The position numbers and the translations under genes were made by a program. Positions 37,735 through 48,257 of a stretch of 51,175 nucleotides of DNA are shown piece after piece; the stretch's first letter is position 1, and each line of letters starts with the position of its first letter. Origin of the DNA: Gemmatimonadota bacterium. GTDB lineage: Bacteria > Gemmatimonadota > Gemmatimonadetes > Palauibacterales > Palauibacteraceae. Below the pieces are notes generated by a model. That model was given only the letters and a program-made list of their open reading frames with translations, searched no databases and was not told the origin of the DNA. The stretch spans positions 1-51,175 of the forward strand of contig JBDHAC010000029.1 of assembly GCA_039588275.1 (NCBI GenBank). Direction: 5' to 3'.

Positions 37735-38469
37735 TTAGTGGTCGATCGGCACCGCGCTCGGGGCACCGATCGGCCGCGTGGCGAATTCCGACAGGACCCG
37801 CGCCGATTTGAGCGTCATCGAAGCGACGTGCATGAAGGGGCTAGTCATCTCACGGGCTACCGGTCTCGCACCCTGCAGTGCGGCACCGAACTCCCGCGCT
37901 CCGTCGAACGCTTCGATCTCGGTGAACGCCCGCCCGATCTCACCCAGAAAATGCGCGTCAGACCCGGCGGCCATGGCAAGCCCTCGCGCACGGGCCGCAC
38001 GCTTCGCGGCTCGGTTCCAGATCGGCAAGAAGGCGCGTGCATTGTGTGCCTCGACCACGTCGGCGACGGCGAGGGCCCGACGGGCACGCAGGATCGGATT
38101 CCTCGGGTAGGCATACGGATGCGGCGCGTAGATGATGCCGCCCTGATCACGGATCCTGTCCACGACTTCCTCCAGAGGCAGCCGCATCGGGATGGGCTCT
38201 GACAGGAAGAGCCCTATGAGCTCGGTCCGGCAGCGGCAGCGGATTTCCTCTCCCACGATGACGAGGTCCGGGTCCGCTTCCCAAGCCAGGAGCGCCCCTT
38301 CTATCGTGCCGTGGTCCGTAACCGCGACGCGATCCAGGCCTACTTCGCGCGCTCGCTCGACCAGTTGGAGCGGTTCGGTGGCCGCGTCCTTTGAGTGATG
38401 AGTATGTGCGTGAAGATCGACGCGCAGACGCTTGCCGGTTTCCATCCGTGCGGCTTCCCCTGAATGCAT
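37735..38469 (-). CDS. PHP-domain metal-dependent phosphoesterase
   Basis: DLHAHTHHSKD, AVTDH, GEEI, APHP, GSDAH. Alternative start 38445. Confidence 0.9.
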   Translation of the reverse strand: MHSGEAARMETGKRLRVDLHAHTHHSKDAATEPLQLVERAREVGLDRVAVTDHGTIEGALLAWEADPDLVIVGEEIRCRCRTELIGLFLSEPIPMRLPLEEVVDRIRDQGGIIYAPHPYAYPRNPILRARRALAVADVVEAHNARAFLPIWNRAAKRAARARGLAMAAGSDAHFLGEIGRAFTEIEAFDGAREFGAALQGARPVAREMTSPFMHVASMTLKSARVLSEFATRPIGAPSAVPIDH

Positions 38470-38662
38470 GGCCTCCCGTTTCCTCCCAGGTGGGGCACCG
38501 ATCTGCAAGCCCCGGTCCACCTCGGCCGCGATTCGAGGGGAACTGTAAATAGTTGCGGTCCCGGCGTTTGCCTGAGTCCGCCTGTGAGTCACCGCGTGGC
38601 GCCGAGGCGCGGCGCGGGATGATTGCGACAGGTGGGTTCGATCTGCGGTCGTGTCGAGGTCC

Positions 38663-40144
38663 CTATCGTCGAATCTGGAGTCTGTCTCCGGGCTTGATCA
38701 CCGTCGAGCTGAGGTTGTTCCAGGCCATGATGTCCGAAGTCGAGACGTCGTACCGGCGAGCAATCGCCCACAGCGTGTCTCCACGACGAACCACGATCGT
38801 CACCGGACCCTCGGCCGCCACGGCCGGAGCGGACCGGGCCGCGCTCGCCCGAGCTGAAGACGCGGTAGCCGAGATGGGCACTACGAGCTGTTGACCGATG
38901 CGAAGACGGCGCGGATTCACGTTGCCGTTCGATGCCCGGAGCGCCGCCACCGACGTCCCGTAGCGCGCCGCGATGTGCCCGAGCGTCTGTCCCCGGGTCA
39001 CCGTGTGCATGAGCCACGTGACCCGCTCCGAGGGCGGGATCTGGGCGTACCTCTCGGTGAACGTGGCGCCCATGTCCACGGGTACGCGCAGCTGTACCAC
39101 TCGGTCCGGCGGCGTGACGCGCCGCGGGAAGTTGGGGTTGAGCGCTCGAAGCGTCTCCTCGTCCGTTCCCGCCGCTTCTGCCAGCACGTCGAATGTCGTC
39201 GCGTCCGGCACCTCGACGAGGTCGTATTCGATCGGCGCGTCGGGGACCACGTGGCCGAACCCGTACGCGTCGGGATCGCGCGCTATGATCGCCGCGGCGA
39301 TCAGCTTCGGCACGTAGTTGCGCGTTTCGGACCTCAGCAGGCGGCTGTCCGCCAGATCCCAGAACGTCTCCACCCCGGCTCTCGAGAGACCGCGGCGGAC
39401 GCGACCCGGCCCACCGTTGTACGCGGCGGCCGCCAGGTACCACGACCCGAACTCCTCGTACAGATCCGAGAGGTACCTGATCGCCGCGTCCGTGGCCTTG
39501 GGCGGATCGCGTCTGTCGTCGACCCAGAAGGAGACCTCCAGGTCGTACAGGCGGGCCGTGCTGGAGATGAACTGCCATAGACCCACGGCCCGGGCGCGAC
39601 TGTACGCGCGCGGGTTCATGCCGCTCTCGATGAGCGCGAGATACAGCAGCTCTTCGGGCAGACCGGCGCGTCGGAGCTTCTGACGGATCATCGACTCGTA
39701 GCGCCCGCTTCGCTCCAGATAAAGCGCGAAACGCTGCGGGATCACGTCCTGGAAGTAATGGATCCAGGCCTCGACGCGGTCGTTCATCGCGAGCGGGAGC
39801 TCGGGCGGACGGGCGCGGTCTGCCATCCGCGCGATCCCGATCGGATCCGAGCCGAGCGCAGACCGGAGCTCGTGATCGATCTCGGCTCTCCTGCGCGCGT
39901 CCTCTTCCGCCCTTCGTGCGGCGGCGGCAGCGGCCAGTGCGGCTTCTTGCTCGGTCGTGAGCGTGTCTTCGACGGGAGCCTGAACGTCGGTCATATCCGC
40001 GGGCGGTTGGGCCTCCGCCTCGGCGACGGCCCCGGAGGGGCTCGGGCCGGTCGTGACCGTTTCCTGCGACGCAGCGCACCCGGTCGCGAACAACGCCGCC
40101 ACCAGCATCGACCCACGCAGCTGGGCGCCGTTAGGCTCGTTCAT
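38663..40144 (-). CDS. mltD: Membrane-bound lytic murein transglycosylase D-like lipoprotein (SLT + LysM)
   Basis: Lipobox ATGC, LALIESG, GLWQFI, AAYNGG, ETRNYVPK, two C-terminal LysM domains. RBS GGAGGAGG. Confidence 0.9.
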   Translation of the reverse strand: MNEPNGAQLRGSMLVAALFATGCAASQETVTTGPSPSGAVAEAEAQPPADMTDVQAPVEDTLTTEQEAALAAAAAARRAEEDARRRAEIDHELRSALGSDPIGIARMADRARPPELPLAMNDRVEAWIHYFQDVIPQRFALYLERSGRYESMIRQKLRRAGLPEELLYLALIESGMNPRAYSRARAVGLWQFISSTARLYDLEVSFWVDDRRDPPKATDAAIRYLSDLYEEFGSWYLAAAAYNGGPGRVRRGLSRAGVETFWDLADSRLLRSETRNYVPKLIAAAIIARDPDAYGFGHVVPDAPIEYDLVEVPDATTFDVLAEAAGTDEETLRALNPNFPRRVTPPDRVVQLRVPVDMGATFTERYAQIPPSERVTWLMHTVTRGQTLGHIAARYGTSVAALRASNGNVNPRRLRIGQQLVVPISATASSARASAARSAPAVAAEGPVTIVVRRGDTLWAIARRYDVSTSDIMAWNNLSSTVIKPGDRLQIRR

Positions 40145-40248
40145 CCATCCTCCTCCGCTCGATTCTCACCGCCGGTCCGCGCTGAGCGATTCGCCCGACA
40201 TCACCGATTTGGGCGAGGCTCGGGTCTTACACTCCCGCGCGCGCTTTG

Positions 40249-40266
40249 TGTCGCATGGATGCAACA
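40249..40266. promoter_or_regulatory. Palindromic site TGTCGC-N6-GCAACA upstream of mltD
   Basis: Same TGTYGC-N6-GCRACA form as 48156-48173. Confidence 0.4.
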
Positions 40267-40273
40267 GACTCTC

Positions 40274-40294
40274 GCCACCTCAATCAGAGGTGGC
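40274..40294 (-). terminator. Hairpin just after the guaB stop
   Basis: GCCACCTC-aatca-GAGGTGGC, an 8-bp stem with no U-tract. Confidence 0.3.
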
Positions 40295-40308
40295 ACCCGC
40301 CAACCCGA

Positions 40309-41766
40309 TCAGAGGTGGTAGTTGGGTGCCTCCCGCGTGATCACCACGTCGTGGGGGTGCGATTCGCGCAGCCCGCCCGGCGTGATCCGCAGGAATGTCG
40401 CCTCCTCGCGTAGCTCCGTGACCGTGGTGACGCCGCAGTACCCCATCCCGCTGCGCAGGCCGCCGACCAGCTGAAACACCGTGTCGGCGACCGGGCCTTT
40501 GTAAGGTACGCGTCCCTCGATCCCTTCAGGGACGAGTTTCTGTGCATTGAACGTGCCTTCCTGGAAGTATCGGTCCGCCGAACCTGCCTCCATGGCGGAG
40601 AGCGAGCCCATGCCGCGGATCACCTTGAAGCGTCTTCCTTCCAGCAGGAAGGCCTCGCCGGGGCTCTCGTCGGCACCGGCGAACATCGATCCGAGCATGC
40701 ACGAATGCGCGCCGGCCGCGATCGCCTTCACGAGATCGCCGGAGTACTTGATGCCGCCGTCCGCGATCACCGGCACACGTCCGGCAACGCCCTCGACCGC
40801 ATCTCGTATCGCCGTGATCTGTGGCACACCGACACCCGTCACGACGCGCGTCGTGCAGATGGAGCCCGGCCCGACGCCGACCTTCACGGCATCGACACCG
40901 CGCTCGGCCAGTGCTTCCGCCGCCTCCCTGGTGGCGACGTTGCCGGCGATCAAGGGGGTGTCGGGGAATGCTTCGCGCGTCCGGGCGACTGCATCCAGGA
41001 CTCCCTGTGCATGACCGTGGGCGGTATCGATCACGAGCACGTCCACGCCCGCGTCGATCAGAGCACGCGCGCGGTCGATGTCGCCCTCCGACGCTCCGAT
41101 GGCGGCACCGGCACGCAGCCGTCCGTGCGAGTCCTTCGTGGCGTTCGGATACTGGCGGCGTTTGAAGATGTCCTTCACGGTGATAAGACCCCGCAGCCGT
41201 CCGTCCGTGTCGGTGACGGGCAACTTCTCGACCTTGTGCTCTCGGAGGATCTCCTCCGCATCGTCGATCGACGTGCCGACGGGTGCGGTGATCAGGCCGT
41301 CGGCGGTCATCACCTCTCGAATGGGGCGTGACAGATCAGACTCGAAGACGAGGTCCCGGTTCGTGAGGATTCCCACCAGCCGGCCGTCCGATTCTACGAT
41401 CGGCACGCCGCTGATCGAGAACTCCTCCATCAGTCGAACGGCCTCTCGTAGCGTCGCGTCCGGCCCGAGCGTGATCGGGTCGAGGATCATCCCGCTCTCC
41501 GAGCGCTTCACGCGGTCCACCTGGGCGCATTGTGCCTCCACGGACATGTTCTTGTGGAGAAAGCCGATCCCGCCCTCGCGCGCGAGCTGGATGGCCATAC
41601 GGTGCTCGGTCACCGTGTCCATGGCGGCCGATATCAAGGGGATGGCGAGGCGGATCTGGGACGTTAGCTCGGTCGACACGTCGACATCGGCCGGGTGAAC
41701 CCGCGCGTGGGCGGGGGCCAGGAGGATGTCGTCGAAGGTGAGCGTCTCGCGGATCTTTCCAGTCAT
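40309..41766 (-). CDS. guaB: IMP dehydrogenase
   Basis: [19 protein letters not shown] pair, [31 protein letters not shown]. Confidence 0.97.
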   Translation of the reverse strand: MTGKIRETLTFDDILLAPAHARVHPADVDVSTELTSQIRLAIPLISAAMDTVTEHRMAIQLAREGGIGFLHKNMSVEAQCAQVDRVKRSESGMILDPITLGPDATLREAVRLMEEFSISGVPIVESDGRLVGILTNRDLVFESDLSRPIREVMTADGLITAPVGTSIDDAEEILREHKVEKLPVTDTDGRLRGLITVKDIFKRRQYPNATKDSHGRLRAGAAIGASEGDIDRARALIDAGVDVLVIDTAHGHAQGVLDAVARTREAFPDTPLIAGNVATREAAEALAERGVDAVKVGVGPGSICTTRVVTGVGVPQITAIRDAVEGVAGRVPVIADGGIKYSGDLVKAIAAGAHSCMLGSMFAGADESPGEAFLLEGRRFKVIRGMGSLSAMEAGSADRYFQEGTFNAQKLVPEGIEGRVPYKGPVADTVFQLVGGLRSGMGYCGVTTVTELREEATFLRITPGGLRESHPHDVVITREAPNYHL

Positions 41767-41971
41767 AATGCTAGGCGGCTCGCTTCAGTAGCTGCAGGGT
41801 GAGCTGGGGCACGGGGGCGATGCGACAAACCGCATGTCGCGGCGCCTGATGGGCGGCGCGAGCATGCGGTCGGCGCGGTGCGGGCGTTGATCCTACCATG
41901 CGACATGGTAGGAAGCGTGCGGCGCAGCGTCAACGCAGGGGGCCGCCGGGTCCGCGGCCCGAGGGTCGTGC

Positions 41972-42331
41972 TTACTCCACGACGATCTCCCGCTCGTGCG
42001 GGGGCTCGTCCTCATCCTTCAGCGGCGGCTCGGCCTTGCCGGTCTCCAGCTCGGCCAGGAACTCCCTACCGGCTTGCCGAAAGGCGTCCAGGACTTTGTC
42101 GGTCGCACCGAGCACCTTCATCGTCTCGCGCACGGCGGAGGCGGGCACCCGACTGCGGCGGAGGTTGCGCTGGAACGACTCCGCGAACCTCTGAAAAGCA
42201 GGAGCCGAATCGGCGCTCCGATCCGCGTACTCGGAGTCGAGGAACTCGATGAAATCGAGCACCTCGTACACTTTTTCTTCTGGAAGAGCCTCCAGCTTTC
42301 GCCAGATCTGCTTTTTCAGAATCTCGTTCAT
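41972..42331 (-). CDS. DUF2281-like small protein
   Basis: KLEALPEEKVYEVLDFIEFL. RBS GAGGGA. Confidence 0.7.
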   Translation of the reverse strand: MNEILKKQIWRKLEALPEEKVYEVLDFIEFLDSEYADRSADSAPAFQRFAESFQRNLRRSRVPASAVRETMKVLGATDKVLDAFRQAGREFLAELETGKAEPPLKDEDEPPHEREIVVE

Positions 42332-42684
42332 TGCGTCCCTCTGCTGGTCAGGGTGTCAGACACCTATACCCGCGCAAGGGGGGGTCAGGTTTCAACGGTA
42401 CTTCGCTGACGGTGCCGGTCCACGTTCCTCCGGGTCCTCTGAACAGGACCGAATCCGCGGCGGCCAATTGACACGTTGCCCGGATGCCTCCTCAATTGTA
42501 GGGGTGATTGACGCGACTCGCTTTCGTGTAATTGACCGTCGGGACTGGCAATGGCGCAGCTGTTCCTCAAGCCACCGCGGCACCCCCTGATGGCGGGGTA
42601 CAGGAGTGCGGCCGCCGTCGCGTGTGAGAACGATCGAAGCGCGGAACGCCCCAATGCACGCGGCGTAGCCGGCGAACGCGCGCG

Positions 42685-43551
42685 TTGATCCCCGTCCGAG
42701 CCCAGAACCTGTCCACCCGATGGACTCACCGATCCATTGCGGTCCGAATATGGGCGGCCGGGATTCGGATTGGCTTCTCATCTCTACGGCGCGAGCCCGT
42801 TCTCGGACTAAAACGTCTCGTTCTCCCCGTCAGCTACTGGCGGACAGCCGAGTTTGCCTATGCCTGGCGGCGCCTGACGCCTAGTCGAGGTTCGCTCGTT
42901 TTCGACCTCGGCAGCCCAAAGGACCTGGCCTCGATTCTAGCCCGACACCGCGGCTTCAACGTCGTCGCCTCCGACATACTCCGCGAGGCCGTGTGGCTCG
43001 GCAGACGGTCCGCCAGGGCTCAGGGATTGACCGAAGCAGGGGCTTCCGTCCTGGCTGCGGTGATCGACGGCCGTTCGATTCCCCATCGTTCTGACACTTT
43101 CGATGCTGCGTACTCGATCTCCGTGCTCGAGCATATCCCAGAAGGCGGAGACACAAGCGCGATTCGGGAGATCGTGCGAACGACAAAACCAGGCGGTCTG
43201 ATCGTCGCTACCGTGCCATTCGCCCCTCAATACGGCGAGACCTTCTTGCGTGATGACGTATACGAGCGCAAGCAGGACGGCGACGAGCCCGTGTTCTTCG
43301 AGCGACATTACGATCATGAAGCGCTGCAGTCTCGGTTGATCGAGCCCAGTGGGGCTGAGCTGGTCGACCTCGAGATATGGGGCGAGAGGGCCACGCGCGT
43401 CGAGAGTAGGCTGAACCGATTCCGATCTGCCACCCGCGTGCTGCTATCGCCGCTGGAGCCCTTGCTCTCCCTCGTCTTCCTCCGCCAGGTGGGTGGCTCT
43501 CCCAACGATCACCCGATGGCCGCGTTTCTGACGCTCATGAAGCCCTCGTAG
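42685..43551 (+). CDS. Class I SAM-dependent methyltransferase
   Basis: VFDLGS, FDAAYSISVLEHI, KPGGLIVATVPF. TTG start uncertain. Confidence 0.82.
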   Translation: MIPVRAQNLSTRWTHRSIAVRIWAAGIRIGFSSLRREPVLGLKRLVLPVSYWRTAEFAYAWRRLTPSRGSLVFDLGSPKDLASILARHRGFNVVASDILREAVWLGRRSARAQGLTEAGASVLAAVIDGRSIPHRSDTFDAAYSISVLEHIPEGGDTSAIREIVRTTKPGGLIVATVPFAPQYGETFLRDDVYERKQDGDEPVFFERHYDHEALQSRLIEPSGAELVDLEIWGERATRVESRLNRFRSATRVLLSPLEPLLSLVFLRQVGGSPNDHPMAAFLTLMKPS

Positions 43552-43608
43552 CCTCCCTGTCGGCCGCTCTTCGAATCAGGTTGGAGTAGCTCTCGCGACG
43601 GGCCAATC

Positions 43609-44688
43609 CTACAGACGCGCGAACGGGAGGTCGACCGTGAAGCAACAACCGTCGCCGGGCGCTGCACCCACGCGTAGATCCCCGCCCGCCGCTCTCACGA
43701 GCCGGGCGCAGATCGACAAGCCAAGCCCGTTCGTCCAGCCCCGTCTCAGATCGCCGAGACCGGCATCCGCGCCCTCGGACTCTAGCATACGGCGTAGCTC
43801 GGCGGGATCGCCTCCGGGACCGTCGTCGTGAACCTCCACCCTGAGCCACCCCTCCTCGTGCTCCATGGCGCGAACATCCACGTGACCGCCGACGTCCGCC
43901 ACTTGTGCGGCGTTGGTCACGAGGTTGAGCAGGACCCGGGTGAGCAGTCGGCGATCTCCGGACCGTGGACCGAGCGTCTCCAGACGGAAGCCGAGGGCGA
44001 CTTCGCGGTGGTGGGCGAGCGGGCTGACGAGGCGCTCGACGTCCTTCAGGACACCTTCGACGGAGAACGGGTCGTGGCTCACACGGATCTCCGATCCGTC
44101 CCCGAGCCGGGCGGCATCGATCACGTCGTTGACCAGACCGACCAGTGACACGGCAGCCGTGTACAGGACGCCCAGCTGGCGGCGCTGCACGTCGTTCAGC
44201 TCGCCGGCATGCTCGCTGATCAGGGCATCCGCGAGGAAGAGGATCGAGTTGAGCGGTGACCGAATATCGTGCGCGACGTCGCGCAGGAGCCGTCGCGCCT
44301 CCGTTCTGCGCCGCTCCATCAGCCCCTGCGTCAACAAGGCCACCTCCCGGTCGAGGTGGCCATGGAGTAACCGCACCTTGGACGGAGGCGCGCCGCGCTC
44401 GGCCGTGTCGTGTATCGCCTCCCTGATCACGCGCGCGGCGGCCGCGATCGATTCAGCATCGGGTATGGGCCCTACACCGGGCTCGCGCGCGGCCGCGTCG
44501 GCTTCGAGCCGCAACCTCGCATGAAGGCGCTCGACCAGCGGGCGGATGTCCGGAGGCAAGCCGTGCAGGAGGCGGTCCAGGTGCAACCCGGCGTCCTGGC
44601 CGAGGCGGTGAGCGCCCGGCGAGGCCGAGCGTCCGCCGATCTTTCGGGCGCGGACATCGGGGGGGACGTTGTCAGGATCGCGGCTCAC
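43609..44688 (-). CDS. Soluble sensor histidine kinase (HisKA + HATPase)
   Basis: HDIRSPLN H-box, NLVTNA, DDGPG, GLGLSI, FTVDLP. No TM. Start GTG 44688 or TTG 44694. Confidence 0.88.
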   Translation of the reverse strand: MSRDPDNVPPDVRARKIGGRSASPGAHRLGQDAGLHLDRLLHGLPPDIRPLVERLHARLRLEADAAAREPGVGPIPDAESIAAAARVIREAIHDTAERGAPPSKVRLLHGHLDREVALLTQGLMERRRTEARRLLRDVAHDIRSPLNSILFLADALISEHAGELNDVQRRQLGVLYTAAVSLVGLVNDVIDAARLGDGSEIRVSHDPFSVEGVLKDVERLVSPLAHHREVALGFRLETLGPRSGDRRLLTRVLLNLVTNAAQVADVGGHVDVRAMEHEEGWLRVEVHDDGPGGDPAELRRMLESEGADAGLGDLRRGWTNGLGLSICARLVRAAGGDLRVGAAPGDGCCFTVDLPFARL

Positions 44689-44738
44689 GCTCAACTCCGC
44701 AGCCCGTTTTGCCAGCGTGTCCGGTCGTCAGGGACCTA

Positions 44739-46274
44739 TCACGGAACGAACGCATCCTTCGACAGCTCGTGCTTGTCCATGAGGCGATACAACGTCGTGC
44801 GATCGATCCCCGCCTGACGTGCCGCCTCGGACATGTTACCGGCGGTACGTGCGATGACCTGGGCCAGGTACTCACGCTCGAACCGTCCGATCAGCGAGTC
44901 CTTCGCATCGTGGAACGGAGCGTGGAAGTCGATCATGGATGAGACCGAGGCCGGGCTCGAAGCTGACGGGGTCGCTGTCATGCCCTCGTCCAGGATCGAC
45001 AGCCGGTCCCGTTCGATCGTTTCCGCCGCATCGGAGAGCACGACGAGGTGCTCGATCACGTTCTGCAGCTCCCTGACGTTGCCCGGCCAATCGTATCGGA
45101 CGAGCAGATCCAACGCCTCCGGAGCCAGTCGGGGAGGAATCGCCCCCGGCAGCTGATGACGACGCCAGAAGTGATCGATGAAGTTCTTGATCAGGACGGG
45201 GATGTCTTCCGCCCGTTCGCGCAGTGGCGGCAGATGGATGGGCACGACACGAAGCCGGTAGTAGAGATCGTTGCGCAGCGCGCCGTCCCGCAGCGCCGTG
45301 TCCGGATCGCGGTTGGTCGCCGACACGAAGCGAACGTCCACCACCGCGTCGTCCTTCTCGCTTCCGACTCTCCGCAGCACGCCATCCTGCAACACGCGCA
45401 GTAGCTTCGCCTGCAGCGGCAGTGGCATTTCGGCGAGCTCGTCGAGGAAGAACGTCCCCTGGTCCGCCACCTCGAGGAGCCCGGGCTTGTCGCGGACCGC
45501 GCCGGTGAACGCTCCGCGTCTGTGGCCGAACATCTCGGACTCGAGCAACTCGGCCGGGAGTGCCGCGCAGTTCACGGCTACGAACGCCTTCCGGGACCGC
45601 CTGCTCTCGCCGTGAATGTACTGCGCGATGAGCTCCTTACCGGTTCCGCTCTCGCCGGTGATGAACACGGTGGCGTCGGTCTTCGCGACCTTCATGGCCG
45701 TCTGAACGGCGGCACGCATGGAGCTGGAGACGCCCAGGATCCGCACCTTCCCGTCGACGAGAACGCCCTCGCGCCGTGAGCTGTCGGACAGGATTCGCTG
45801 CCTGAGGAGCGTGTAGGCGGCGCGCCCGATCACCACCAGCAACTGCGTCGCCGTGAACGGCTTTGGCAGGTACTCCCACGCGCCTGCCTGAATGGCCCTG
45901 ATGCTGGCCTCCGTGGTGGCGTGCCCCGTCATCATGATCGCGATCGTGCCAGGCGAGCGTTGCCTGACCTCGGCGAGGATGTCGAGACCGTGCACCTGGG
46001 GCATGCTCTGGTCGATCAGCACGATGTCGTAGGACTGGCTCTTCAGCCGGTGGAGGGCCTCCTCCGCCTTGCGCTCGCACTCGCACTGATAGCCGTCGGC
46101 CGTGAGGACAGACTCACAGCTCTCCAGGATGCTCGGCTCGTCATCGATCACGAGGATCCGGACGCTCGCCCGTTCCTCGGGTCCCAAGAGAACGGAGCCG
46201 GACCCCTCCAGCTCGTCGAGCAGAATCTCGTCGTCGGTCAGATCTTTCTCGATCTCAGGCGCTTCAATTCGCAC
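44739..46274 (-). CDS. Sigma-54-dependent NtrC-family response regulator
   Basis: REC (LVIDDE, LIDQSMP, KPF), GESGTGKE, ESEMFGH, GAFTGA, LDE, WPGNVREL, Fis-type HTH. Start uncertain. Confidence 0.94.
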   Translation of the reverse strand: MRIEAPEIEKDLTDDEILLDELEGSGSVLLGPEERASVRILVIDDEPSILESCESVLTADGYQCECERKAEEALHRLKSQSYDIVLIDQSMPQVHGLDILAEVRQRSPGTIAIMMTGHATTEASIRAIQAGAWEYLPKPFTATQLLVVIGRAAYTLLRQRILSDSSRREGVLVDGKVRILGVSSSMRAAVQTAMKVAKTDATVFITGESGTGKELIAQYIHGESRRSRKAFVAVNCAALPAELLESEMFGHRRGAFTGAVRDKPGLLEVADQGTFFLDELAEMPLPLQAKLLRVLQDGVLRRVGSEKDDAVVDVRFVSATNRDPDTALRDGALRNDLYYRLRVVPIHLPPLRERAEDIPVLIKNFIDHFWRRHQLPGAIPPRLAPEALDLLVRYDWPGNVRELQNVIEHLVVLSDAAETIERDRLSILDEGMTATPSASSPASVSSMIDFHAPFHDAKDSLIGRFEREYLAQVIARTAGNMSEAARQAGIDRTTLYRLMDKHELSKDAFVP

Positions 46275-46769
46275 GCGCTATCTCCCGCTATGTAGCTGCC
46301 GGGGGATTCCCCGTCGATCTGGTGCTCCCTGCGCCCGATCCACTCGTTGGCCGTTCAGCCCGTGACATCGCAAGTTGCTCGGACCTTCGTGCAACCTGCC
46401 CGGGCGTCCATCTCCCGAACTCATAGCGGCTACGCTACACTCCCGCCTCGTTCTGAGGCGCCGTGTTGCGTCGCTGACGCAGTTTAGCCCACAAGTCGGC
46501 GGTTGACGAGGGTACCCACCCTTTGAATCGACCCTGGACCCGCAGCCGCACGCGGCCGGATGAAGGGCCCAAATCATACCGTTGGGCGCGTTGAAGTTCA
46601 AGAACTGCGCCATGATCTGGCACTGTGTGGATCTCTGGTGCGAGGGCGGAAGGGGGTCTCTGAGGCTCAGTTTCAGCCATGTAGCACGCTCACAACGGAC
46701 CGTGTGTCAGGATGACGGGATGCGGCCGCTCAACCCGCACATCACAGCGGATGGAGGGCGGCGGGAGGG

Positions 46770-47912
46770 TCAGACGGCGTGGATTGCCAGTCTTCGGAGC
46801 TGCCCTTCTGGGGAATCCGCGTTGCGTTCGGGCAACTCGTGGGCGATCGCGTGCGCGATGCGCGCCGCCGCACGACCGTCCCACAGCGGAGGTCGGCAGG
46901 GTCGTCGGCCTTCCGCCACCCGTGCACGAACCACGGCCGGCAACTCGCTCACATCTCCATGGAACAACTCGTTCGTCCCCGCGGTCAGGGTCACCGGACG
47001 GTCCGTAGTATCACGCAGGGTGACACACGGTACTCCGAGCACGGTCGTTTCTTCCTGCACCCCGCCGGAATCCGTCAACGCGGCCGCCGCGTGATCCATC
47101 AGACACAGAAAGTCCAGGTATCCGAGGGGCGTGAGGACGATGAGAGAGCGAAGCGTTCGATCGAGACCGAAGCCGCGAACGTTCATCGAAGTGCGCGGGT
47201 GCAGCGGGAGTACCAGCGGGAGGCGGCACGCGCGAGCCGTCTCTGCGAATGCCTCCAGGATCGATTCCAGACGGGTCGGGTCATCCACGTTCTCCGGGCG
47301 GTGCAAGGTAGCCAGGAGGTACTTCCCCACCTCCAACCCCAGCGCCTCGTGTACGGCCCGCGCCGCGGCGCGGGGGCGGAACCGATCGAGCGTGTCGATC
47401 ATCACGTTGCCCACGAAGCGGATCCTGTCGGCGTCGATCCCCTCGGCCGCCAGGTTCTCGTTGGCGGAGCGCTCGGTGGTGAAAAGCGCCTCGCCGAGGG
47501 CATCCGTCAGCACGCGATTGATCTCTTCCGGCATGTTCCGGTCGCCGCTTCTGAGCCCGGCTTCGACGTGCGCGATCGGGAGTCCCAGCTTCGAGGCCAC
47601 GAGCGCACCGGCGAGCGTCGAGTTCACGTCACCGACCGTGAGGAGCCAGTCCGGTCTCGATCGTTGGAGCACGGGCTCCAGGGCGATGAGCATGCGACCT
47701 GTCTGTACGGCGTGTGAGCCGGAGCCCACACTGAGGTTCAGGTCCGGGCGCGGAATCTCGAGGTCCGAGAAGAAGTGATCGGACAGGGAGTCATCGTAGT
47801 GTTGCCCGGTGTGAATGAGGGACTGCTCGACGCCGAACCGCCCCAGGGCGCGCATGATCGGCGCGATCTTAATGAAGTTCGGGCGAGCACCTACGAGGTG
47901 AACGACTTTCAT
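46770..47912 (-). CDS. wecB: UDP-N-acetylglucosamine 2-epimerase (non-hydrolysing)
   Basis: MKVVHLVGARPNFIK, HTGQHYD, GDVNST, HVEAGLRS, PEEINR, TLHRPEN, TDSGGVQEE. Start at 47912, not 48398. Confidence 0.95.
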   Translation of the reverse strand: MKVVHLVGARPNFIKIAPIMRALGRFGVEQSLIHTGQHYDDSLSDHFFSDLEIPRPDLNLSVGSGSHAVQTGRMLIALEPVLQRSRPDWLLTVGDVNSTLAGALVASKLGLPIAHVEAGLRSGDRNMPEEINRVLTDALGEALFTTERSANENLAAEGIDADRIRFVGNVMIDTLDRFRPRAAARAVHEALGLEVGKYLLATLHRPENVDDPTRLESILEAFAETARACRLPLVLPLHPRTSMNVRGFGLDRTLRSLIVLTPLGYLDFLCLMDHAAAALTDSGGVQEETTVLGVPCVTLRDTTDRPVTLTAGTNELFHGDVSELPAVVRARVAEGRRPCRPPLWDGRAAARIAHAIAHELPERNADSPEGQLRRLAIHAV

Positions 47913-48127
47913 GTCGAACCGTAAATCCGAAATCCAAGCGCCAGGGTCGGGTCTGACCTCGACCGGACCGGTTAACCTCCCGCGGTCGATACAAGACACA
48001 AGCCACTTCTCCGGCCTCCTCGCGCCCGAAGCAGGAGCATGGGAAAAAGGCGCGTGGTTGAGGGAACTTCGGCCCTCGTCGGGTGATACCAACACGCTCC
48101 GGTGCTCGTCCCATCGCCGATCGTCAC

Positions 48128-48173
48128 TGTCGCCCCGCGACCACATACGACGGTGTGTTGCGGAAGGGCGACA
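48128..48173. promoter_or_regulatory. Tandem TGT-N12-ACA enhancer-like sites
   Basis: TGTCGCCCCGCGACCACA (48128-48145) and TGTTGCGGAAGGGCGACA (48156-48173), about 70-115 bp upstream of the sigma-54 promoter. Confidence 0.55.
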
Positions 48174-48242
48174 GACCTCCGGCGACGAGTTGCGCGGGAA
48201 CCGGAACATCGCGTGTCTCTTGAAGTTCCGGGATCGGCGCCG

Positions 48243-48257
48243 CGGCACCACTCTTGC
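48243..48257 (+). promoter_or_regulatory. Sigma-54 (-24/-12) promoter for the wzc gene
   Basis: CGGCAC-CACTC-TTGC matches the TGGCAC-N5-TTGC consensus with exact GG-N10-GC spacing. Confidence 0.7.

Noticed and set aside
38589..40079. 496-aa same-strand alternative-frame ORF over mltD
   Set aside because: Arg/Gly/Pro-rich off-frame translation. The mltD frame carries all the motifs.
40283..40318. 11-bp direct repeat ATCAGAGGTGG duplicating the guaB 3' end
   Set aside because: The copies are only 25 bp apart and one is a hairpin arm. There is no mobile-element evidence.
42547..42561. TGGCAATGGCGCAGC as a sigma-54 promoter
   Set aside because: GG-N10-GC spacing fits, but the TT before GC is absent, so the match is too weak.
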